DNA of 64,000 bases from Aeropyrum sp. (lineage in GTDB: Archaea; Thermoproteota; Thermoprotei_A; Sulfolobales; Acidilobaceae): positions 6,184-70,183 of the forward strand of contig WAKF01000023.1 of NCBI GenBank assembly GCA_015523465.1, in the 5' to 3' direction. The notes under the pieces were generated by a model, which saw nothing but the letters and a program-made list of their open reading frames with translations, made no database searches and was not told the origin of the DNA. Below, one piece after another: positions 56,625 to 64,000 of this stretch. Within the stretch, counting starts at the first letter, position 1. Each line of letters starts with the position of its first letter. A program made the translations under genes and the position numbers.

Positions 56625-58583
56625 GTGTCTGAGGCCTTACCCTTCGAGGAGGTATATTGGCCTGATAAGGAGCGCTACTTAGAATATTATAAAAAGAGTG
56701 TTTATGACATAGAGAGGTTCTGGGATGAGAGAGCTAGGGAGCTGATATGGCTTAAGTACTGGGATAGAGTGCTAGACGACAGTAACCCTCCCTTCTATAG
56801 GTGGTTTGTGGGGGGAGTCACTAACATAAACATCAACGCCCTCGACAAGTGGTATGGCACTAGCGTTGAGAACAAGGTGGCCTACTACTGGGTAGGAGAG
56901 CCCGGGGATAGGAGGGCTGTAACCTATGGTGACCTCTATAGGGAGGTTAACAGGCTAGCATGGGCTCTTAGGGAGCTAGTGGGCGTTAAGCCTGGGGAGG
57001 GCGTTACAATCTACCTACCCATGATTCCAGAACTTCCAATATCTATGCTAGCGGTCACTCGGATCGGTGCCTTCCACAGCGTAGTGTTCTCCGGCTTTAG
57101 CGCTGCAGCCCTAGCTGAAAGGATAGTTGACGCTAAATCTAGGATTTTGATAACTGCGGATGGCTTCTATAGGAGAGGTAGAATAATAGAGTTAAAGAAG
57201 ATAGCTGATGAAGCAGTAAGGCTCGCAGCAGAGAGAGGCGTTAAAGTGGAAAAAGTAATAGTTGTGCGGCGAGCTAGAGTAGAGGTTCCGTGGAGTGAGG
57301 GACGTGACCTATGGTATCATGAGCTACTGAATGAAGCTCCTCCTAAAGCCTATGTTAAGCCTGAGCCTCGTCAGGCTACAGACGTCCTATTCATACTCTA
57401 TACTAGTGGTACTACTGGAAAGCCCAAAGGTATAATGCACAGTGTCGGCGGTTACATGACCTACGTCTACAACGTCTTCAAGTGGAATTGGGACCCGAGA
57501 CCCGACGACATATTTTGGACTGCAGCCGACATTGGCTGGATAACTGGGCATACATACATAGTTTACGGCCCTCTAATGCATGGTATGACTCAGATAATGT
57601 ACGAAGGCGCTCCAGACTATCCTAACCCCGGGAGGATATGGAGCCTAGTCGAAGAGTACGGTGTCACAACGTTCTACACTAGCCCTACAATGTTGAGATT
57701 ACTAATGAAATACGGCGATAAGTGGCTTGAAGGAAGGGACTTCTCTAGGCTGCGGCTTCTAGGCACAGTAGGAGAACCCATAAACCCTGAAGTATGGAAG
57801 TGGTACTATACGAAGGTTGGGAGGGAGAGAGCACCTATAGTAGATACTTGGTGGCAGACTGAGACGGGCGCTGCAATGATAAGCCCAGCGCCAGGGATAG
57901 CCTTAGTCCCGTTGAAGCCGGGTAGCGCCACTTACCCTCTCCCAGGCATAGTTGCTGACGTACTCAGGGATGATGGGAGGCCTGCAGAGCCTGGAGAGAA
58001 GGGGTTGCTCGTTATAAAGAAGCCTTGGCCGGGCATGCTTATGGGTATCTGGGGCGACCCGAAGAGGTACATTAAGACGTACTGGGAGCGCTTTAGCAAG
58101 CCCGAAGAGGGCGTGTGGATTTACTACCCTGCAGACTACGCGGTGAAGGATAAGGACGGCTACTTCTGGCTCCTTGGCAGGGCCGACGAAGTGATGAATG
58201 TCGCAGGCCACAGGCTAGGCACTATAGAGCTTGAAGACGCTGTGCTAATGCACCCGGCTGTAAGCGAGGCTGCAGTTGTAGGATTCCCGGACCCCGTTAA
58301 GGGCGAGGTCCCCGTAGCTCTAGTGGTACTTAAAGAGGGTTATGAGCCCAGTCCTAAGCTAGAAGAGGAGATAAAGGCTAAGGTTCGCGAAGTAATAGGG
58401 CCCATAGCCGTCCCTAAGAGAGTGTTGTTCGTGAACAAGCTTCCCAAGACTAGGAGCGGCAAGATAATGAGAAGGATAATACTAAGGCTAGCTAGAGGCC
58501 AAGACCCAGGCGACGTGACAACACTAGAGGACCCTGCTAGCGTAGACGAGGTAAAGAAGGCCCTAGAGAACTTAAAGAGCTAG
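56625..58583 (+). CDS. acsA: AMP-forming acetyl-CoA synthetase
   Basis: YTSGTTGKPKG, DIGWITGH, GEPINPE, DTWWQTETG, GRADE, PKTRSGKIMRR. Confidence 0.96.
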   Translation: MSEALPFEEVYWPDKERYLEYYKKSVYDIERFWDERARELIWLKYWDRVLDDSNPPFYRWFVGGVTNININALDKWYGTSVENKVAYYWVGEPGDRRAVTYGDLYREVNRLAWALRELVGVKPGEGVTIYLPMIPELPISMLAVTRIGAFHSVVFSGFSAAALAERIVDAKSRILITADGFYRRGRIIELKKIADEAVRLAAERGVKVEKVIVVRRARVEVPWSEGRDLWYHELLNEAPPKAYVKPEPRQATDVLFILYTSGTTGKPKGIMHSVGGYMTYVYNVFKWNWDPRPDDIFWTAADIGWITGHTYIVYGPLMHGMTQIMYEGAPDYPNPGRIWSLVEEYGVTTFYTSPTMLRLLMKYGDKWLEGRDFSRLRLLGTVGEPINPEVWKWYYTKVGRERAPIVDTWWQTETGAAMISPAPGIALVPLKPGSATYPLPGIVADVLRDDGRPAEPGEKGLLVIKKPWPGMLMGIWGDPKRYIKTYWERFSKPEEGVWIYYPADYAVKDKDGYFWLLGRADEVMNVAGHRLGTIELEDAVLMHPAVSEAAVVGFPDPVKGEVPVALVVLKEGYEPSPKLEEEIKAKVREVIGPIAVPKRVLFVNKLPKTRSGKIMRRIILRLARGQDPGDVTTLEDPASVDEVKKALENLKS

Positions 58584-58668
58584 AGACCACCCATTTAAAA
58601 TAAAATACCCATAAAATACCTACATCTCCTCTACTTTTTAAGTTGGGAAAGCCTTAGAGACCCTCTTT

Positions 58669-59091
58669 CTATATTGGCTCCCACTCAACTTCAACATCCC
58701 CCTTCGACTCTCTATAGTATATAGTTGGTAGTCCGTGAATCCTCAACCTTCTCCTTAACTCTCTATCACTTGTAGCCACATAGACCATAGCGCCTTCACC
58801 TTTAAGCCTAAGAGCTGCAGCCTCTAACGAGTCATCTGCATCTTTCAAACCGGTCTTGACTATGGAGACGCCTATCTTCTCCGTGAGATACAGCGCAGCC
58901 CTAGCTCTCCTAGCTTTTAGCCCTCGGGATTCTCCGGCGAGGGCTTTGAGCTCGTCTATTACAGCGTCTGTAGTAACTAGCTCTAGCCCAGGACCTCCAG
59001 CAGCCTCTACTATAGCATCCAGTGTAATAAGCCCCGAGACTATATAGATCAGCGTGTTCGAGTCTAGAATCACTACCCTCCTCTTAGCCAT
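58669..59091 (-). CDS. PIN-domain protein (Fcf1/Utp24-like)
   Basis: ILDSN, V..EL, ADD, VATSDRELRRRL; canonical position after aIF2g. Start placed at ATG 59091. Confidence 0.88.
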   Translation of the reverse strand: MAKRRVVILDSNTLIYIVSGLITLDAIVEAAGGPGLELVTTDAVIDELKALAGESRGLKARRARAALYLTEKIGVSIVKTGLKDADDSLEAAALRLKGEGAMVYVATSDRELRRRLRIHGLPTIYYRESKGDVEVEWEPI

Positions 59092-59099
59092 ACCCCTTC

Positions 59100-60350
59100 C
59101 TACTCCCTCACCACACCCCAGCCTATAAGCCTCCACCTACCCATAACCCTTCTGCTTATAGCAACCCTAGCTCCCTCCCAAGCCACTACAGGGCCTCTAA
59201 GAGCTATCTCCATCTCATCCTTGAGAACTCTAGTAGCTACACCTAGCCTTACAGCAGTTCCTACAGATACCATTAGGGGCTCTCCTTTCTTTACAGGCTC
59301 GACCCTAGCCTCTTCCCTCATACCCACAACCTTCTCTAGCAGGTTATACTCTATCCTGAGGGTATCGAATGTGGGTGGAAGCTGCTCTGGTTTTCCAACG
59401 ACATTCCCCACAAGGTTGTCGCCCTTAGTGAGGGACGGGTCTAGCTTGGTGCCAACAGCTACTAATCCTCCAGGCCTTGCTTCCTCCACATCTATATTAC
59501 CGAATCTGAGGCTCACTACTTCCGTGCGGATCGGCTCGTACTCTATCTTAACCCCCCTCCTCCTCACAGGAACCCCAGGCTTGATCTCTATTTCATCGCC
59601 AACTCTCAAGACGCCCTGCAGGATCCCGCCACCCACAACACCGCCCACAAGCTTCTCTGGGGGAGTCCCAGGCTTGTTTACGTCGAAACTCCTACTAACC
59701 AGCATTAAAGGCGGCTTACTGAGATCCCTTTCAGGTGTTGGAATGAACTTCTCTATAGCCGCTAGCACGGCATCCACGTTAGCCCTTTTAAGGGCGCTCA
59801 CAGGAATTATAGGTGCTCCCTCAGCTATTGTGCCCTCAATAAACTTCTTGATCTCTTTGTAGCTCTCCCTAGCCCTCTCCGGAGTTACAACGTCAACTTT
59901 ATTCTGCACGATCACAATATTCCTTATCCCAAGGATCTCCAGTGCTACAAGGTGCTCCCGCGTCTGAGGTTGAGGGCAAGGCTCATTAGCTGCTATCACC
60001 ATTATAGCTCCATCCATGAGCGCCGCGCCGCTCAGCATAGTAACCATCAGGGTTTCATGGCCGGGAGCGTCTACAAATGAGAGCCTTCTTCTAAGCCTTG
60101 CACTCGCCTTAGGATCGCACTCGCACACCGGCTCGGGGCTAAACCTATCAGGGAAGGAACAGCCCTCGCACTCCCACACCTCTCCGTCAGCATAGCCAAG
60201 CTTGATTGTCATGCCCCTTTTAATCTCCTCGCTATGCCTCATAGTCCACACTCCAGTAAGAGCTTGGACTAACGTCGTCTTCCCATGATCTACGTGGCCC
60301 ACAACCCCTATGTTAACCTCGGGCTGCCTTCTCTCCTCCCCACTCAACAC
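59100..60350 (-). CDS. eif2g: Translation initiation factor 2 subunit gamma
   Basis: GHVDHGKTT, RGMTIKLGY, Zn knuckle, DAPGHE, QNKVD, SALK, RSFDVNKPG, RWRLIGWG. Confidence 0.98.
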   Translation of the reverse strand: MLSGEERRQPEVNIGVVGHVDHGKTTLVQALTGVWTMRHSEEIKRGMTIKLGYADGEVWECEGCSFPDRFSPEPVCECDPKASARLRRRLSFVDAPGHETLMVTMLSGAALMDGAIMVIAANEPCPQPQTREHLVALEILGIRNIVIVQNKVDVVTPERARESYKEIKKFIEGTIAEGAPIIPVSALKRANVDAVLAAIEKFIPTPERDLSKPPLMLVSRSFDVNKPGTPPEKLVGGVVGGGILQGVLRVGDEIEIKPGVPVRRRGVKIEYEPIRTEVVSLRFGNIDVEEARPGGLVAVGTKLDPSLTKGDNLVGNVVGKPEQLPPTFDTLRIEYNLLEKVVGMREEARVEPVKKGEPLMVSVGTAVRLGVATRVLKDEMEIALRGPVVAWEGARVAISRRVMGRWRLIGWGVVRE

Positions 60351-60529
60351 TCTAACCCGGCTAACGTGGAAGGTCCTGGAGGCTTAAAGGTCTCCCTTAA
60401 GGGGATACGTGACGCTTAAGTAGCGTCGGAATAGGTGACTGCTGAATAAGATGACGAACAAACTGGATTTAGTAGTCGTTAAAACCCTTTATGGACTCGC
60501 TAATGTGTGCAAGGTTTTGTTGTTGTACG

Positions 60530-61240
60530 TTATCTTTGCTCTTCGTCGCCGTAGTATATGACTACGTTTAGCTGGGCTAATGCAGTCTTACGCCTTTCAC
60601 CCCTCGGGTCGGGCACCATTCTGCCTCTCACACTCTTCCTACGCCTCTCACCCTTCTCCCTGGGATGGAAGCCCGGAGGTCCGGAGAGGAGTATCTTAAC
60701 CCTACCCGAGCCCGGGACGCCAGGATGCATTGGTATTCCTGTAGCATCTGTGCCCCCGCGAATCTTGAACTTGAGACCCGGCCACCCTATTATGGACCCG
60801 TCGAACACGTCTCCTATCTCGAGGCCTGCAAGCTTTATGTGAACATCCTCCGGAACCGCTATCTGCCACGCTTTTGCCCTAAAGGCCTCCGCCTCAGCCT
60901 CTAGCTCCCCCACAGCCTCCCCTAAGAGTTCCATGTTAACTTCAACTTCATAATCTCCCAGGCCGTCCTTAACCTCAACTTTAAACGGCACATTAACCTT
61001 CTTACCCCCCTCACCCCTAAACCTCAAAGTCATTACGCCAACTTCACCTAGATTCAACTCTTCATAGAGTCTTTTACTAATTCTAGCTATGGGGAGCTTC
61101 CTACGTTCCTGGTCCTTCCCCTTCCTCATTTCATCAGTATACTCTATATCTTCTACACCCTTGACCTTAACCTTAACAACTTTATCGCTCGCCCTAGGGT
61201 CCGAGATTACTATTCTTAGTGGAGGCCTCTCCTCAGGCAT
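60530..61240 (-). CDS. rps6e: 30S ribosomal protein S6e, long form with internal insertion
   Basis: IVISDP, KIRGGTDATGIPM, GERRRKSVRG, QLNVVI; start placed at ATG 61240. Confidence 0.95.
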   Translation of the reverse strand: MPEERPPLRIVISDPRASDKVVKVKVKGVEDIEYTDEMRKGKDQERRKLPIARISKRLYEELNLGEVGVMTLRFRGEGGKKVNVPFKVEVKDGLGDYEVEVNMELLGEAVGELEAEAEAFRAKAWQIAVPEDVHIKLAGLEIGDVFDGSIIGWPGLKFKIRGGTDATGIPMHPGVPGSGRVKILLSGPPGFHPREKGERRRKSVRGRMVPDPRGERRKTALAQLNVVIYYGDEEQR

Positions 61241-61421
61241 ATCCCACACCCCGGACCCCTACCGGGATCCAGGCCCGGGGATAGACCGGTCTGTAAGAGC
61301 TATTAAACGCTAACCAGCCTTAACTTCTTCGACCGGCCACTTTAGGAGAGCTACTCTCAGATGAAGTCTACGGTCCTCCCCTACTATATTAGAGTGCCCG
61401 CCTTAAACACTCTTATGACGG

Positions 61422-63281
61422 GTGTGCGATGTGAACGGTGAAGGCTCTAAAGGCTCTGAGGGGAGAAGGCTTAGACAGCCTATTGTAGTAGTATTAGGCC
61501 ACGTTGACCACGGAAAGACCACACTACTAGATAAAATCAGGAAGACTGCTGTAGCCGCTAAGGAAGCAGGGGGGATAACACAGCATATCGGAGCTAGCAT
61601 AGTGCCCGCCGACGTGATCGAGAAGATAGCAGAGCCGCTCAAAAAATTCATAAATATTAAACTCGTTATCCCCGGGCTACTCTTCATAGATACACCTGGC
61701 CACGAACTCTTCTCCAACCTTAGAAGGAGAGGTGGTAGCGTAGCCGACTTCGCCATACTCGTAGTAGACATTATGGAGGGATTTAAGCCTCAGACCTACG
61801 AGGCCATCGAACTTTTAAAAGAGAGAAGAGTCCCCTTCCTAGTCGCCGCTAACAAGATAGACAGGATACCATTCTGGGAGTCTAAGCCTGACACGCCATT
61901 CCTCTTCTCTTATAGAGCCCAGAGCCCTAAGGCTAGGGAAGAGTTTGAGAGAAGGGTATACGAGCTAGTGGGCAAACTCTACGAGGTCGGATTTCCGGCC
62001 GACCTTTTCTTCAGGATAAAGGATTTCCGGCGGAAAGTCGCTATAGTTCCCGTCTCGGCAAAGACGGGTGAAGGGATCCCGGATCTCCTAGCAGTACTTG
62101 CAGGCCTAACACAATCCTACCTCAGGAAAAGGCTAGTCTATGCTGAGGGCCCTGCAAGGGGCGTTGTACTTGAAGTTAAGGAGCAGCCAGGCCTGGGTAC
62201 TGTAGTAGACGCTGTAATTTACGATGGAGTCCTAAATAAGGGTGATATCATAGTAGTCGGGGGTAAGGAGGGGCCCATAGTTACTACCGTTAGAGCACTA
62301 CTCATGCCGGCCCCACTCCAGGATATTAGAAGCAGAGAGGCTAGGTTCATCCAGGTAGACAGCGTCTACGCTGCTGCCGGGGTGAGAATAGCAGCTCCAC
62401 ACCTAGACGAGGTCCTAGCTGGCTCCCCCCTCTACGTTGCCAGGAACGAGGAAGAAGCTAAGAAGCTGGGGGAGGAAGTTGAGAGAGAGATCAGCAAGTT
62501 AAGGTTTAGGACCGATAATGTGGGTGTAGTAGTCAAGGCTGATACACTAGGCACCTTAGAAGCTCTAGTAGCCGCTCTCGAGAGGAGAGGGGTTCCGGTT
62601 AGGATTGCTGATATAGGGCCTGTTACTAGAAACGATATCCTAGACGCTGAGGTCACCAGGAAGATAAACAAGTACCTGGGAATAGTATTGGCTTTCAACG
62701 TCAAAGTCCTCCCTGAAGCTGAAGAAGAGGCTTCCCGAGCTGGGGTTAAAGTGTTTGTTAACAATGTCATTTACAAGCTTATAGAAGACTATGAAGAATG
62801 GGTTGAAAAGGAGAAGGAGAAGGAGAGGGTCGAGGCCCTAAACAAGCTAGTGAGGCCCGGCAAGGTTAGGATACTTCCAGGCTACGTGTTTAGAAGAAGC
62901 AATCCTGCTATAGTCGGAGTGGAGGTCTTAGGCGGCGTAATAAGGCCTGGCTACCCCCTAATGACAGAGGATGGTAGGGAAGTAGGAAGGATAATGGCTA
63001 TTAGGGAAAGAGATAGGAGCCTTGAAGAGGCTAGGCTCGGAGATGCGGTAGCAATATCAATACATGGTAGGGTGCTAGTGGGGAGGCATATAAACGAGGG
63101 AGACATACTATATACAAATGTCCCTGCAATCCACGCAGAGAAGATACTTACTGACTATAGAGACCTTATATCAAAAGACGAGCTAGAAGTGCTAAAGGAG
63201 ATAATAGAGATCAAGAAGAAGTCGGATGAAAATTATAGAAGGCTAGCCATAAAACTAAAATTCGCCCGAAAGCTCTTCTAA
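61422..63281 (+). CDS. infB: Translation initiation factor aIF5B (IF-2)
   Basis: LRQPIVVVLGHVDHGKTTLLD, GGITQHIGA, DTPGHE, NKID, SAKTGEG, KADTLGTLEAL. Confidence 0.98.
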   Translation: MCDVNGEGSKGSEGRRLRQPIVVVLGHVDHGKTTLLDKIRKTAVAAKEAGGITQHIGASIVPADVIEKIAEPLKKFINIKLVIPGLLFIDTPGHELFSNLRRRGGSVADFAILVVDIMEGFKPQTYEAIELLKERRVPFLVAANKIDRIPFWESKPDTPFLFSYRAQSPKAREEFERRVYELVGKLYEVGFPADLFFRIKDFRRKVAIVPVSAKTGEGIPDLLAVLAGLTQSYLRKRLVYAEGPARGVVLEVKEQPGLGTVVDAVIYDGVLNKGDIIVVGGKEGPIVTTVRALLMPAPLQDIRSREARFIQVDSVYAAAGVRIAAPHLDEVLAGSPLYVARNEEEAKKLGEEVEREISKLRFRTDNVGVVVKADTLGTLEALVAALERRGVPVRIADIGPVTRNDILDAEVTRKINKYLGIVLAFNVKVLPEAEEEASRAGVKVFVNNVIYKLIEDYEEWVEKEKEKERVEALNKLVRPGKVRILPGYVFRRSNPAIVGVEVLGGVIRPGYPLMTEDGREVGRIMAIRERDRSLEEARLGDAVAISIHGRVLVGRHINEGDILYTNVPAIHAEKILTDYRDLISKDELEVLKEIIEIKKKSDENYRRLAIKLKFARKLF

Positions 63282-63602
63282 ACTCAATATAATTGGCATA
63301 GTAACATGGGCTAAGCATGCAGCCATCCAATATTTGATTATATATTATTATAATCATATTAAAATGTAAGCCTGCATCATAACTAATTTCATGGTTGAAC
63401 TGATAAGTTAAGTGGCTACTGTATGCGGAGTACACGAGGCCTTCGTTACTATTAATTTAATTCGTAACAAAGTTTCCAGTGGTTTTTAATAAAACATGTC
63501 AATACTTAAAACTTGATATTGCAATATAGCGAATAGCGAGATGCCGTTTATCATGTATCCCGTGTTGGTGTAAAGGTTAACATTAAAAAGCAGTGTGGCT
63601 GC
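63282..63602. other. AT-rich non-coding gap between convergent infB and ndk
   Basis: About 320 bp, markedly more AT-rich than the flanks; no credible ORF. Confidence 0.6.
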
Positions 63603-64000
63603 CTACCATTCAACTATTTCCTCTTCATTAAAGATCACCTTGAACTCTCTCTCGAAACTTTCTTTCGAGTCGCTTGCGTGTACTATGTTCATCATGATAT
63701 CTAGGCTGAAGTCTCCCCTAATAGTGCCTGGAGCCGCTTTCCGGCCATCCGTAGCTCCTATCATGAGCCTAGCAACTTCTATTGCCGAGTCGCCCTCTAT
63801 AACCATAGCTACTACAGGTCCGCTAGTTATAAATTCTACTAGCTCGTTGAAGAAATGCTTGCCTTTGTGAACACTGTAGAACTCCTCTGCCATCTCCCTA
63901 GACATCCTTATCATTTTCAATGCTACTATCTTGAATCCCTTCCTCTCGAATCTAGCTATAACCTCCCCTATGAGCCCCCTTTTGACGCCATCTGGTTTTA
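63603..64000 (-). CDS. ndk: Nucleoside diphosphate kinase; 5' end lies beyond the window
   Basis: The frame continues to the window edge as [21 protein letters not shown]; GTIRGDF and NIVHASDS (catalytic His) present. Confidence 0.96.
   Translation of the reverse strand, partial: KPDGVKRGLIGEVIARFERKGFKIVALKMIRMSREMAEEFYSVHKGKHFFNELVEFITSGPVVAMVIEGDSAIEVARLMIGATDGRKAAPGTIRGDFSLDIMMNIVHASDSKESFEREFKVIFNEEEIVEW

Noticed and set aside
60405-60475. CTGA-ATAAG-ATGACGA motif with a GACGCT/AGCGTC hairpin between rps6e and eif2g
   Set aside because: It looks like a D'/C' pair but lacks outer C and D boxes at the right spacing; it remains possible but is unsupported.
10271-63357. Shared TTATAATCAT 10-mer in the two AT-rich regions (10271-10280 and 63348-63357)
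   Set aside because: A low-complexity match expected by chance in AT-rich DNA.
841-63870. Dozens of ORF-track entries antisense to or nested in clear genes (e.g. 841-1140, 12875-13399, 41768-42283, 54119-54595, 59221-59862)
   Set aside because: They are Ser/Leu/Pro-rich shadow frames of strongly supported genes, with no motifs or SD signals.
9908-64000. Duplicated tRNA-Gly 3' end (attR)
   Set aside because: No second copy was seen by eye within the window; an exact search should confirm this.
1-64000. CRISPR arrays, rRNA genes, IS transposases, inteins
   Set aside because: I saw no spaced direct repeats, no long structured rRNA-like tract and no transposase ORF; infB, top6 and the other conserved proteins are of normal length.

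Overview
Archaeal chromosomal DNA from a hyperthermophilic Thermoproteota member, most likely Desulfurococcales/Acidilobales and close to Aeropyrum. That placement rests on the Aeropyrum-type catalytic ThrRS, the structural beta subunit of tRNA splicing endonuclease, the long eS6 and GGAGGTGA-type SD motifs. The window is mostly housekeeping: P5C dehydrogenase, xerA, surE, topo VI, deoxyhypusine synthase, icd, mtnA, sua5, srp54, the uS13-uS4-uS11-Rpo3-eL18-uL13-uS9-Rpo10-uS2 cluster running into MEMO-ipk-fni, acsA, aIF2g, eS6, aIF5B and ndk. It also holds tRNA-Gly(GCC), a 3-gene type IV pilus operon, a ThiW ECF transporter and an Fe3+/thiamine-type ABC transporter. I saw no CRISPR array, rRNA gene or transposase. 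The main observations beyond the ORF track are: (1) two back-to-back divergent box C/D sRNAs at 7198-7401 whose guides match 16S helix 18 and, more tentatively, 23S H69/H71; (2) a strand-specific 26-bp RNA hairpin between a membrane protein gene and an ArsR-STAND-helical-repeat regulator; (3) several apparent pseudoenzymes (a GHMP kinase in the mevalonate kinase position, a CPBP/Abi protease in an AT-rich islet beside the tRNA, and a TrmY-like SPOUT protein); (4) a small accessory block of an orphan DNA methyltransferase, a 509-aa QGD/HxEH protein and an unlisted 48-aa ORF. All family assignments come from reading motifs and from recalled reference sequences. No database search was run.
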